Shown piece after piece: positions 19,628 to 33,843 of a DNA stretch of 64,000 nt (position 1 is the stretch's first letter; each line of letters starts with the position of its first letter). This DNA is from Balanoglossus misakiensis (taxonomy: Eukaryota > Animalia > Hemichordata). The DNA is taken from NCBI GenBank assembly GCA_040954595.2, contig CM082582.2:10035483-10099482 (forward strand). The letters are read 5' to 3'. A model generated the notes under the pieces. It did no database searches. It saw only the letters and a list, made by a program, of their open reading frames with translations, and was not told the DNA's origin. A program made the position numbers and the translations under genes.

Positions 19628-22600
19628 ATGGTGTCATCCACGCTCATCCTCAAGCCTTTCCTCGTCATGTCGCTGATTCCTTTGATCGCCCTGGCTTCCG
19701 ACTTCGTCGGCGAACAGAAATCTTTCGCCGTCACCGCGGTCAGAAAGCCCTCTCGCCAACAGCGAGACGCCACCGTGACCAAGTTGTCGAGACACGGTTT
19801 CTCAAAGGCGGAGCAGCAGGAGATAGTTAAGGCACACAACGACCTCCGAAAGCAAGTGGAACCACCCGCTTCAAATATGAAATACATGGTTAGTCTTTTT
19901 TAGTAACTTTTAACATGCACACAAGGAAAATTCTTGCAAACACGACCCGTGTACAACTTTACTCAACACAGAACATAAGCCATCTAGTAATTTAGGCCTA
20001 TCACTCTACACGCACATTTCAATCCATGTTCAGGAATGTATGGTGTTCCTAAACGTCTGTCTATACTTTGGTCATGTAAACATTTTCGGAATAAGTGCTA
20101 CACAATATTCAAACACCATTTCAAGGAAAATGTAAAGTAATACATGTATGTATGTGATTATATAGGCCTACAAACTAATTTTGCGCTCTCGCCCTATCTC
20201 TGTCTGTCTCCATCTCTCCCCCATTGCACCCATGACTACCACGGATGTGAACAAAAAAAACCTCTTTCGGATAAACATCAAATGTGCAGACACTATAAAT
20301 ATGACTGTAAAATATATTTAATTTCGGCACTTAAACAGTACGGCGACGTAACCAAACACCAACTTGCAAATAACGAAAAATGTTGACCAACCATATTAGT
20401 GTCGGACAATTAGCTTGCTGTCTCTGACAGGACAGAAAACGTCTGTCAAAAAAATACAAAAACTTCATTTAATCAGCCGTGGGCGTAGTTCATTGTGATT
20501 TTTACTTATCCCGAAAAAAAATGTCTTGTCTTTTGGATTTTATAACCGATGACAGACAGTTGCATTGTTTTGAAGCCTCTCGTCTTCACTCGGCAGACGA
20601 CTGTGTGCATCGGCAGGTCACGGCCGTTCACAGTTCAAATGATTCTATTTTATTGCTCGTATCGCATAACCAGACCATTTCTGTCATAATGACCCGCGAT
20701 GCGAAACCACAGACCAAAATAATTGATTCAGAATCAAAACTTCCAATATTTTGAGAAATTTATGTGTGTTTTTTATAATGACCGTTTTTATTGTTTTAAC
20801 ACAGAGCACACCGACATCGGGCAAATGAATATTTCCAACTGTCGGCCAATAGGCCAGGGGTTGGAATGGGAAACTAGATATCATAATGAATGGAGGATTT
20901 ACCATTACTGGAGGGGCAAAAGTTGATAATTCTGGAGTTTAAATTGAAACTATATTGAGCTACTTCCCTCTTAAACCAAGCTTTTGATAGACTGCTGAAT
21001 GTATCTGAAACAATCGGTCCTTTCCAAAGAACTCAAAGATTTTCTTTGCAATCGTTAATGAGGTGGAATACTATAGCTGTCAGATGTCTTAACTTCTTAA
21101 TCTCAGGAATTTTCATACTCGGATCGGATATCAAATATTGCATGGTTAAGATGAATTTCGGAACTCCTTATTCTTTAGAAAGAAACAGTACACGGTGACG
21201 AACGGTGAAAGTATTCGCAGTATACAAGAATAGCAATTCTAATGATCGCAATTGTTTGCGGATACGGAATGTATCCACTTGTATAGGGTGTCGTGGGCCC
21301 AAACCCTTTTTGCCGATTTCGCGGAATCGACACGGGGTTGATCCGGCCTACCTGGTAGAACCGACTCGGTATCCGTAAGGATTTGGCATAACGCAGCCAG
21401 GGAGATCTTGTGCCCGCCTCCTGCTGACAGCCACAAGTATCGCCACACGCGAAACAGTCGACACTGTATAGATTGACCGAAGCATTGTTAATAGATATTA
21501 ATGAATGTTGGCTTTTACACCAAAAAAACGGCTGTCTTTATTTTTTTCATTTTCTGGCAGATTTGGCACGATGAGTTGGCGCACATGGCGCAGACGTGGG
21601 CAGAAACATGTGAATTTGAGCATGGCCAACCGGAGTACGATTTAGAGGATTACAACAAGCTGGGACAGAACATGTGGAGGGGTAGAAACGACAGGTGTGT
21701 GCGTTTTTTTTTTAATGGCGGACAGGTGACGTAATAATATTCACGGTTGTCATAAACTAGTGGCTGTCAGTGTGTACTTGACAACTTGGATTTGACAACT
21801 TGGATTTGATCGTCTCTTTTACAGGGTCACGGTTGCGATAAATTCCTGGTACGCAGAAGAGAAATATTACGATTTCCACACCCATACTTGCGACGAGGGA
21901 CAACAGTGTGGTCATTACATACAGGAGGTGTGGGCCAGAACTGAACATGTTGGCTGTGGTGTGGCCGATTGTGAAGGCGTGAACTGGAACATGATTGTCT
22001 GTAACTATGGACCACCGTAAGTTGCAGATCATTTACATAATCGATAACCACACTTATCACGCAAGCAAGTGTTTCCAAAGCATAGACAATAGATGGGGAA
22101 ATGGGATAATTAGTAATTCGGGTTCAAATCTGCCGAGGTCCACATTTTATACAGAAGATTACACGTGTGTGGTCGTGCATCAATACTAAAATATTATAGT
22201 TTTATAAGAATCAATCTTTCATATTTTCAGCGGAAACTACAGAGGAGCCCAGCCTTACACAGTTGGAATCGAATGTTCCGAATGCCTTTCACCGGGTTGG
22301 TGTTTTGAGGGACTGTGCAGTAAGTTTTCCCATCTTGTCATATGACAGTGGCAGAATCCCTCGACATGTATTCGCGTGGATCTTATGACAATACTGGGTC
22401 TTTTTCAAGATACATGTAGTCTTTTGTCCTTTATAGTTCGCATGATTTTGTTTAGGCCTAGTAACTAATATCGATATCTCCATGTGTGTCTGTTGTGTCG
22501 TTTCTCTTTCAGTGCCCACTTGCAGAGAGTCAAGGAGGAGAAGGCGCAACTGTGGTAAGTATACCACCTTTCCCTCGTCTCATCAAACCGTTCAGTGAAG

Positions 22601-23792
22601 CCATGTATATATACCATACATAACCACACAAAAAGTGGGTCCGGTTTACTATATAGAGGCTTGACTAAAATTTGGCATTGGCTGACATGGTTTAGTGTCC
22701 AATGACCTCCACTAACTCGTAATATTCTTTCTTGACACAGAGTGCAATATTAAGTGTGACAACTGTGGAACGAAAAACAAAAAGACCTGCAGCTGCACGT
22801 GTCAAACTGGATTCACAGGTCCACATTGCACAGGTGAGGAATAAAAAACAAACGATCTTCGACGTAACGAGGCGCACTTGCATGAGTCGCAAGGGAGGGG
22901 GGGGGGCATCTTGGACTTCATTTTTTGGCATACTCCGCCCGAGAACAAAGTCAAGAATTCGTCCAAAAATACTATTGAAGATTTCATATTTTGAGGATTT
23001 CTAATAGTTGTTGTCACAGCAACGATAATCACGTCTACTGTATTGTAGAAAAGTGCGATAACCTGGACGACAGATGCACCAAAGGCTGGTACAAGAATTG
23101 GTGTGATGACGAGCATCCTTACGTGCTCAATAAGTGTCCCAAAATGTGCAGCTTGTGCGGTAGGTATAGATGAGCAGGTCATTACATCTTCTGTGCCATG
23201 GCGTTGTCTGTTCGTCAAAATATTGATTGCAAGTGTAATGATCGGCAAAATAAGCCTTATGTTTGAGTTTCTGTACAAAAGAAAATGTATTCTTGGCAAC
23301 CCCCAGTGCGATTTTTGTTGAAATAATGTTTGGTAATTGATTATAAAATCGTTTTCTTTACTGATATCAGAAGTCCTAGATGACTATGCCAAGGCAAAGC
23401 AATGTTGTGGAGGTATGCAGTGTCAGAATGGTGGCTATGTCGATGCTGAGACATGCACATGTCAATGCAGCGATTTAAACAGTGGACAATACTGTGGTAA
23501 GTGTTGTGGGCGTCATTCGCCAAAAATCCCAACCAAAATGTCACTGCCTCGCTTATTAATACGATGAAATTCAACGCTCGAACTCGACATATCCCAAGAC
23601 AGAAACGGAAATGTCAGTTTTTTTCTTATACTCAGGGCTATTAACATTAGACTCGCATATTTCTTTTCTTGCGCAGAAAAAGGACGCACATTGAAGTCTT
23701 CGGACGGATCTCTGCCAGCTGCTTGTGTAACTTTGATGGCGGCGCTGTTGTCGATGACTTTCATGGTGTCGACATCTGTACTTGGAAGTTAA
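19628..23792 (+). CDS. CAP/SCP (CRISP/PI16/GLIPR-like) protein with EGF-like, ShK-like and EGF-like modules and a hydrophobic C-terminus, 9 exons
   Basis: Signal peptide, HNDLR...PPASNMKYM|IWHDELA, GQN, CGHYIQEVWARTEHVGCG, IVCNYGPPGNY, CSCTCQTGFTGPHC, C...CPKMCSLC, CQNGG...CTCQC...GQYC, then SSDGS + hydrophobic tail. Confidence 0.88.
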
Positions 23793-24240
23793 TCATTTAG
23801 CATTTTGCAAGAAAATAAAAACCTTGGATATGTATGTGTATTTTTGTGAAATAAATTGCGCTTTTTGAACAAGATTTGATGTAGATTGCTCCCTTATGAA
23901 TGGAAAGTTAGTTGTGTGAGTTGAATAAATCTAACCTTTTGAAGCTTAACAATTGCCATCTGTTGGCAATTCTATTCATGTTCAGGCTCAAGTAAGTGAT
24001 CAATGTATGAGATTGTAAATCATGGCTGTTACTGGGTACATCCAAAACACAAAATGAGATCACAATCATGATTGGCCAATCACAACGGTGATCGAGCAAA
24101 ATTGAATGCACCATCCAATGAAAGAACTTCTCACACTTTAACCATGAAGTGTGAAGACATCTGACATATTTTATTTCCAGTTATCCATGGTACGTTGCGC
24201 CCGTCCACGTACTAAAATGCATACACAGAGATTTGCTGGT

Positions 24241-27200
24241 TTATTTTCTTCTCTTGTATCTCTGTTTTGACTTAAATTTCCCTCCTTTGCTTTTCTGGGG
24301 AGCCTTCTTTTCGAATGTCTTTGCCTTGTTGTGCGATGAGGGTCTGAAAGAGACAGGACAAAGATGCAAATTTAAGAGCATGTGGATTCCAAATGATTAT
24401 AACTTTGAACTCTTCTTACTGCATTTGCAATCTGGCAACTGTCCTTATTTGTAAAATACCTACAGCATCCTTCCCCCCCTAAAAAAAAGAAACTCACGTA
24501 CCTGTGTCTAAGCTGTTTTACTGCTCTTGTGCTCGTGTTGGTTAATTCTTTCTCGAAGGATGACTGAGTACCCCTCTTGCCTTGGCGTTTTTTCTTCCCA
24601 CCTGGAAAGTTAAAAAAATTTCACGATAATAGATTGGTGTTTAGAGAGGTAAAATACGACTGAATAAAAATCATAGGTCAAAAACCATGTGATAGTCATG
24701 TGACTGGCAAGGGGAACTTCTACTGACCGGTGTTGGAAGGTGCATCTTCATCGAAGACGGTGATCTTCTTTGGTTTGCTGGCTCTCTTGGCCGCCCTGAT
24801 GGAATACTCCTGCGACTTCCGTATCTCAAACTGGGCTCTCTCTTCGGCCTGGAGAGGGGTTAGGGGAGAGGAGAAGACACACAAATCAAACAGTTTGCAT
24901 GAAGCAGCAGACGGCACGACCAGAAATGAATACACCCACAGTTTGTAGTTTTTTGTACAGATTTGAATACAGAATCCATTGGGGCACAGCCAGGATTTCA
25001 CAACAAGCACTTAACGCGGTTCTTACTGTTTCTGGTTTCCGTTCCATTTTTCTCTTCTTCTTGCTTGGCTTATTTTTGAGAATGCCTTGCATCAGCTTTT
25101 CTGTGAGAAACAAACAAATGAACAACAGTAGTGTCACAAATTATGGTCAACATGAGAATGTTACAAATCATTTCATGAGAAATTGAATGCAAGTCTCTTT
25201 ACCTTTCTCAAGCATTCTGTCTCCGTGCGATTGGAACCACGTCCTTTTTGGTCGACTGTGGATCTCCTCGTGGTGCTCGATCAGCGCCTTGGCTTTGTTG
25301 ACTTTCATTTCCGAGACTCGCAGTTCTTTCTCCTCTTCTTCCAAGATCAGAATCTTCTTGATGTCTTCCTCCATCGTTTTCACTTTGTCTCTGTATTTGC
25401 CGATGATTTCTGTGGAGGAGTTTGACAGATTGGTGAACATCAAGCATTCCACATGACTTGCATTTTAGGCATTGCTCACTCCAACTGTACTGTGACCAGT
25501 TTATCAGACACATCAAATATACTTACCCGGTGGTACCACTCTACTTTTGACGGGATTTCTGGCTCGCTTCACAATCTCTTTCAGCATTTTTCTCTCTTTT
25601 TCTCCAACCAGTGACACAGCCCTGTAGTATCAAAATACAATCGTGTCCTGTCAGTTACTGGTCACAGGGCAACAGATGTTCTCAAGTTTAACAGTGCATT
25701 CACAAAATCACACACAAAAAAATAATATTTTTTTTACAAACCTTCCACTCTTTCCAGCTCTAGCCGTCCTACCGACCCTGTGTACATAATGTTTGACTGT
25801 GTTTGGCATGGTGAAATTAATGATCTGCAATGAAAACACACAACAGTGAGTAAAGGAGAACAAGATGGATGCACCTAGGTCACAAAATGGCACATCTGTT
25901 GGTACATGTACTCGCAAATCACTGGGATAATCACAGATACACTTACGGTCTTGACCCCTTCAATGTCCAGACCTCTGGCTGCCAAATCTGTCGCCAGCAA
26001 AATATCAATCTGTGCATCTTTGAATCTTCTTAGAGCTTCCAATCTCTGAAAAGAGAGGAAGAAAACGTCACTGATTTAGTAGTGTTGGTGGATAAAACAA
26101 GCAACATCCATCATCTAGTGAAGAGTATAAACTCACTGACCTGTGCTTGGGACAGATTTCCGTGCAACTCGCCAACGTTGAGACCCAGCAGTCCCAGGAT
26201 GATGTGCAGTCGATGGCACTGCACCTTGGTCTGCACAAACACTATGCAGTGATTGTGGAAAGTTCTTGTACACAACGCTGGCAAAAAAAAAAAAAAATCT
26301 CACGTTACAAAAGATCCCACATCAAGACTGGCAAGTTCCATCCTTGCAGTTTTTTTCGCTACTAATTTCATCTGATGGATAAGAATGGATTCCTTTTTTT
26401 TCTTACCTGCTGTTATTGCCTCCCTGTCTCCTTCTCGATTGTCACGTATTCTGATAAATTCTTGTCTCAGATTGTACGCAACATCAGTGTTTTCATTTAC
26501 AAATAATTTCATTGGGTTCTTCAGCGAGACTGAGGCGAGGTCTTTCACCTGTTCGCAAATAAAAGAACACAGATCAATTAATTTGACTGCACACACAAAT
26601 TAGTCAAAAACAAATCCAATGTAATAACATTGCAATTGGCTATGATGTATTCTTCAACTTTTGGGCTAGTGCTTACCTTGTCAGTCATGGTGGCTGAAAA
26701 CAGCATCGTCTGCCGGCTGACGGAACACATTTTTATAATTTCTTTCATTTGCTCCTCAAAGTATTCATCCAGCATCCTGACAAATATTTAGAAAAAGAAC
26801 AAAAATAACATAAGGTGGAAGAAATATTCCAGGACACTCCTTTCAAAACCTGGTGGCAACTTTGTCCCAATTAAGGCAGCGTGGAGCCTGTAAATGTGAC
26901 TTAATTTCAATCCCTGAAAAAACTTCCAGTTGTTCAACACTAACCTGTCTGCTTCATCCAGGATGAGAATTTCAATGTTGCCAATGTTGAATGACGGCGC
27001 ATTGTGGAGATGGTCAATCAGTCGGCCGGGGGTTGCTATGACGATGTCTGGATTTTGTCGGAGGGCTGCCTCCTGAATTCTGATGTCCAAACCACCTGCG
27101 TTGCACAGAAACGAAAGAAAATTTATGAAAAGAATGATCAGTTGTGGTCATGGCTTCTTTTGTAGTCAGAAGTCCTTCAGCACGAAGATGTTTCGGCTGA

Positions 27201-29090
27201 ATAACTGGACAACTGTTGTGTTTTCTGTGGCACCACATCATGTCAGCGAGAAATGACCAGACACTTTCTGTCGACAGGAGAGTGGAGTCACCTTGCGTGT
27301 GAAACGGCACTCACCTACAGCCAGACAGATCTCGACGTCTGTGAACTGCGCCAGCTGTCTGCTGACAGCATGCACCTGAATGCCCAACTCTCTGGTGGGC
27401 ACCAGCACCAGCACACGGGTCACAGCGGCCTGCTTCGGCTTGTACAGCAATCTCTCTAGAACAGGCAGCATGAATGCAGCAGTTTTACCTGCGAAGTGAG
27501 AAAATCGGCATCCAGAGTTGACTCTGAGGTACAAATGTTTCTGTGTATTGAACAAGCTTCATCACTCAGCTGAATTACATTTGATGTTACAGAATTGTAT
27601 AACTTTGCTTACCTGTTCCTGTGGCAGCACAGGCACATATGTCTTTTGCTAATAAAGCTACTGGGATAGTTGCTACTTGTATAGGAGTTGGGTGGACGAA
27701 GTTCATGGCATTGATGGCCTGAGGATGAAAACAGATGAAACATTGTTAGGGTGACAATAACATGAGTTAAAATTATACGTGATAAACCAAAAACAGGATC
27801 TGCAATTGACTTGAGTGTAATAAGTACATGTTATATGTACATCTCCCCTTCAAAACAGAACTGTCTTTCCCCTCACCTTCAACAGTGGTCTTGAAAGATT
27901 CATCTCCTGGAAACCCATTGTTTCATCCAATGGTGGGGCATCTTGAAATATAACATCATTATTGTCTGTGGCCATATCTTCTATTTCATCTTCGGATTCA
28001 CTTTCATCTGTAAATAAAACGCAAGTGGCTTTGACTAACACCTGTCTGGAACACAGATTCCCCTGGATCACGTGTTCAACTCTGTCACTCAAAGACAACA
28101 TTACACTGGTACTATATTTCAAGGCTACTTTACCTTTCCTCTGTCTTTTCTTCCTCATTCTTTCCAACGTTTTCTCATGCTGCTTTTTAAGTCTCAAAGT
28201 ATCTGCTTTCAGCTCGTCATCCGACAGACTTTCTGCATCGCTCTCACTTTCATCATCACCATTTTGGACATCGGAATGATTTTCCTTTTTGTTCACAGGT
28301 TCTTCCTCGACATCACCTTCTCCAAGGTCTTGATCTTCTGTTTTTCCCTTTTCTGCCTTTTTCTGTTGAGATGGTAGTTAATCCATGATTAAGGGCAGTG
28401 GAGTGAAGAGTTAAAAACATTCACATTTTGATTATGTTTCATTACAGCAAATTTGCATAATTTTGAATATTACCTTTTTCTCCTTTCTCATCTTGGAAAT
28501 CTTTTCATCCAGTGTTGTGTACGTAACCCTCTTTTTTCGTAAATATGCATCGATGTTCCAGAAGGAATCGTCATTGGCACCATCCTTCTCTGTAAATCTG
28601 AATCCACTTTCAAACTCTGAATATTTCTTCTGCCTTTTCTTTATAGGCTTTAAAGCCTGGGTGAAGGTGCATCAGAAAACAAAATCAAGGAAAGTTATGA
28701 GGATTGACTGTACCATGCAAAGAATATTTACTTGTTAAAGGTTTCAGACTTAAACTCTTCCCACAGCATATGTCCTTTATGATCTTCTACTTTGGTAAGT
28801 AGCGTCATGCGCGTTCTCATACTAGGATGTGTATGGTATTGGCTACAATGTACGTGTGTATATGCAAGTAACACGTGGGTCAGTGTACATGGACGTGTAT
28901 CCAACACATATTTGACCTATATCTGGACCAGGAGAATGAGTGAAGCCATAGCCACAATTCCTTGCAATAAAGGTCTTTGTTGAATCAGTCAGTTTCTTAC
29001 CTCTTCATCACTATCGGTATCCTCTGAAGCGACTGACACGTCTTCATCTTCCTCGATCGTACCGACGAAACCCAACCCGGACAGCGCCAT
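24241..29090 (-). CDS. DDX27: DEAD-box RNA helicase DDX27 (Drs1), multi-exon
   Basis: [66 protein letters not shown]-terminal [11 protein letters not shown]. Confidence 0.95.
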
Positions 29091-29718
29091 GTTTAAATCT
29101 TCTGACCCCTTAAGTCCACGGGAAAAAATTGGACAATCATACTCTTTACCACTGCAAGCTATAACATTGCCCAACTATTTATTACGCAGTCCTAGAAACA
29201 GGGTATTTTCCCACAGGTAACAGTAAAGTATGGAAGCACTAATTAATACATTAAAACGTGAATGCTGGCGCTATCCTAGGAAAAATCCGGGTTTCAAGAA
29301 TAGTGATTCGATGGCATTACTGGAGGAAGGAATATTTGAAGAGCAACAAACAAAAACTGTTTAACTCACTTTTCATCTTTTATTCGGCTGTTGTCTTCCC
29401 TTATTGACTTAAACATGTAAATCGTACATGGCACCATATGTGTGGAATTATGAACTAAGTGAACTTAATTAAACCGTACTGCAACACCTATCCGTCATTT
29501 CTTTGCCAATAAACGGAGACAACTGTGCTGAATATAGAATCCTACCTAACAATATCTATCAAGTTAGGCAGTCTCTTTTACAATTATTTTGGCGGGTGAT
29601 CTCCATGCGAGTGATTCATATTGTTGTCACTGGTTTCAGGCTTGTCCGTGCGCGTCTGACGATTACTGCTGACTTGACGTTTGTCCCGAGAGCATCTCTT
29701 CACACACACTATCCAGCG
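29091..29718. promoter_or_regulatory. Probable bidirectional promoter, DDX27 / FEN1
   Basis: Start codons head-to-head ~630 bp apart. E2F-like TTTTGGCGGG at ~29587 upstream of FEN1. Confidence 0.55.
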
Positions 29719-32289
29719 ATGGGTATACACCAGCTAGCAAAACTGATCGCCGACAATGCAGCGAGCGGTACAAAGGAGAATGAAATCAAAAACTACTTTG
29801 GTAAGGAACACAAATGAAATGGATATGTGAATACCACCGGCTGTTCATCAACCACCGGTCGTTGTTTATCTACACTATTTTGTTCAAGAATGTACTTTGC
29901 ATTGTCATTCTCAGGTCGTAAAGTAGCTGTTGATGCTTCGATGAGTATTTACCAGTTTCTGATCGCAGTTAGACAAGATGGCAATGTCTTGCAGAATGAA
30001 GATGGGGAAACAACAAGGTACACGTTCAGTCAGTATTGTGGAGAATGTTGGATGAAATTGACAATGTGGAGGAAAGCACACTGAAAGAGCTTTAGATCAC
30101 ATGGACAATTAAAACATAAGCCTGATATACTAGTAAAACTAAACTTTAACCATTTGCAGACTTATCCACTGATAATATAAAAGAATAACAGTTGCATTGG
30201 CCATAAATCACTGATCAGAATTTTTGTGGGAGACCCTATGGTCAAAACAAGAATTTACTTTGTTTGATTTCATACAGTGGAATAGCTTGTGAATTTTTAA
30301 TACTTTCTCACGTTTGATTGTCCTATCACAGTCATCTAATGGGTATGTTTTACCGGACAATCCGAATGGTTGAAAACGGAATCAAACCTGTGTGAGTATC
30401 TATCATAATTTCCAATATTGTCAAGCAAGACATATTTTTTCTTGATGCACCATTCTTGACGAGAAACCTGACCTCCCAATTTGAATCTTCCAACTTTTCA
30501 GATACGTCTTCGATGGCAAGCCACCGGAGATGAAATCCGGGGAGTTGACCAAGAGGAAAGAGAAACGGGAAGAGGCTGAGAAGGCTTTGGCGAAGGCCGA
30601 GGAATCCGGCGAGGCGGAAGAGGTCCACAAGTTTCAGAGGAGGCTGGTCAAAGTGACGCCGCGTCACAATGAGGAGTGCAAAGAACTTCTGAAAGTGATG
30701 GGAATCCCGTACATTGATGTGAGTGGCATGTCAGGAGTTGACTGGTGTAAGGGCCAAATCTTTGGTAGAAACAAAATCTCATAAAATGATTATGAAGAAG
30801 TGATGTTCTCATATTGACAAGAGTATTGTGACATCCTTCAAGGCTGTTTGTTCAATGACCTTGACCTTGCCATATTTTGTTGTTATCAGGCGCCCTGCGA
30901 AGCTGAGGCCCAGTGTGCAGAACTGGTCAAATCTGGTAAAGTATACGCCACTGCAACGGAAGATATGGACAGTTTGACGTTTGGATCAGATGTCATGATC
31001 AGACATCTTACATTCAGTGAAGCCAGGTAGGTCAATAATACTACTATTTTTGTTAATCTCTCTGTATTTTCCTTTTAGTCGGTAATAATGTAATCTGCAG
31101 AATTTACAGATTTGTTTTCTGTTACAGGAAGATGCCCATCCAGGAATACAATCTGGCACGGATTGAGTCGGAGTTGGGTTTATCTCATGATGAGGTACGT
31201 TATTTGACCAAACGCCACATTTGAGAATTAAGACACTAGGATAGTAGTGTATATGTCGCCCATTTTGCAAAATAATAAAACCATTCTTTTTTCCCCCTTT
31301 GTCCTTTGAAGTTCATTGACCTTTGCATACTGCTTGGTTGTGACTACTGTGATTCCATTCGGGGCATTGGGCCCAAGAAATCCATTGATCTGATCAAACA
31401 GCACAAGTCCATCGAAGAAGTCATCAAACATCTCGACACGAAGGTGAGTCTTGACCTGTTGCAATTTGCACTGGCCAAAAGAAAAATTCAGCAGCTGTTT
31501 TTGCATTTTGCTTTGTGTATTAAACTCTAATAAGCTGTGCTAACATGCCCCCTTGTAATATTTGACCACTTCAGAAATATCCACTACCTGAGAATTGGAT
31601 GTACAAAGAAGCCAGACAGTTATTCCAGAAACCAGAAGTGACTCCGGGAAAAGATCTTGAGGTAAGACCTCTATTGACCCTACAGATGATTCTGAAAAGA
31701 AAGTTTAACAAAAGTGACCGTGGTAATATAGGAACATACTTTAGTTATCGTGTGTTTCACATCAAAAAAATTCTTGCTTACACACCACTCTTGCATTTTC
31801 ACACAGCTCAAATGGACAGAACCTGACGAAGAAAGCTTGGTTGATCTCATGGTGAAAAGGAAAGGTTTCAGGTATGAGTAAACTTTTGTTTTGTTTTTAA
31901 CTCAGAAAGACTTCTCATACTCAAAATGTAGGCACAACTCAACTATGCCCTTTCTTGTTTCCTTCAGTGAGGACCGTATTCGTAACGGAGCCAAGAAACT
32001 TACAAAAGCCAGAAACTCCTCAACACAGGGCAGATTGGATGGCTTCTTCACTGTGTTGTCAAGTACGGGTAATAAGAGAAAGGTGTGTATATGACTATGC
32101 ATGTTAAAACTATTATTTGGTAAGAGTTTGGCAGTCTGATAGTCAAAGGCTCTCTTGCATCCAATCGTAATCAGCACAGAATTCTAAATATCTTTTCAAT
32201 TTCTTTTCTAGTCGGATGCAGCCAAGAAGGGTACACCAGCCAAAAAAGCGAAGACAACGGGCGGTGGTAAATTCAGGAAACCAAAATGA
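29719..32289 (+). CDS. FEN1: Flap endonuclease 1, multi-exon
   Basis: [61 protein letters not shown] box QGRLDGFF, basic tail. Confidence 0.97.
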
Positions 32290-33843
32290 TTCTTGTGTAA
32301 ATTTAAAGGAGAGATTAACACTGTAACAGCACTAGTTTTCTTTTTCACGGTACATGTCTGTACATTTGTACATATTTCATGTAAGCAGGAGTTTTTCACA
32401 AATCAATAATTTTCTTACTTGGGATTTTTTTTATACGAGACCAGTATATTTTGCCAATAATTTAAGCAACATTGGCTTTTGGACATTTGAAAGTGTTTTT
32501 TTGCCCCACATACATGGCTTATCTATTTAGTTATTTTCTCTGTTTGCTGTGAACTTCACAGGTTTTAAATCACAAGTTGTCACAAAAAAATTCCAGTGGC
32601 TTTAGGAATGTATGTAATGAAAGTGTGTGTATATTTGATCTGAACATTTACAGATGAAATGTAGATATATCTGTTGTAGTCACTGCCATGTTGTTCTTTT
32701 GTCTTTTTGGAAATAAAGAGGATACTGTGGTCATTTTCTTGTCCTGTTTTCCTTGACTTTCATCGATGAAATTGTCCATTCATCTCCCGTACATATCTGA
32801 AGATACCGGTTCAACATAGCATATCATGCTAGGCCAAATCTGAATAGAGACAGTAGCTGTCATGGAATGTGATAATGAATGGAATTTATTTTTTATAATA
32901 CATTCATAAATTTAATCTTATAATACAAGAACATGTATTTACATGAAATGTGAAGAAAAATACAATACTAAAACATTTTCAGCACAAGGGAAAAGGCAGA
33001 ATGAAAAGAGGTGATCTGATGTAGAAAGTTGGTGATAGAGCAAATGTATTTTATAAATCATAATCTTTCTATTTTTGTTAAACAGTAAGTACAGTAAATG
33101 AGATGTTTGTGAGCAGAAAAAAAACCTTGCTACGAATGGCTAATGATCACTGTAGTACATATTTTCCTTTTACAAAAATGGAATGTGAAGTGAGACATGA
33201 AAATATGACATGAATGGAAGATTATTAGTGTGAAACTTGGCAATATGAACCTTGCAGTAGACATACTGGTAGACTGGCTTCAGTGATCAGTTTTGGGGGC
33301 AGTTCCCAAATTCAAAAAAGGCCATGTGAAAAAATATACACATACTTCTGAACACTGGGTATTCTTGGGTATACATTATGCATTGTTACCACATTTCAGA
33401 ACTGTACTTCTATTTTGAGACAAGTAAAAATAATTTAAACATTTTCTTGCATAGGAGTCAAACATTCAATACACCACACACAAAATAAAAGAAATTGGGT
33501 AAACATTTTCAACAGCTATATGTGAAAATAATCGAAGGTATGGAATGCTTTCCTGGAAATCACACAGAAAAAAATAAAATGATTGTTTCTGAATATTATC
33601 ACAGGATACAAAATCTTGAAATGGCAGTCAGTAGAGTGGTTGAAAACGTAAATAAACTGGTTTTCAATCAGAGGTATGAATTTTTTTTTACAATATAATA
33701 CAATGTCAATTTTCAGTGTAATACTTGTAATACGTTTTTGCCAGGCACACTGCATGTGCCATTGAAAGTGCTACATCAACTTCGGACCCCATCCCTATAG
33801 CAACAGACGTAACACATTCATGTGACTCCAAGTTTGAATGCCC

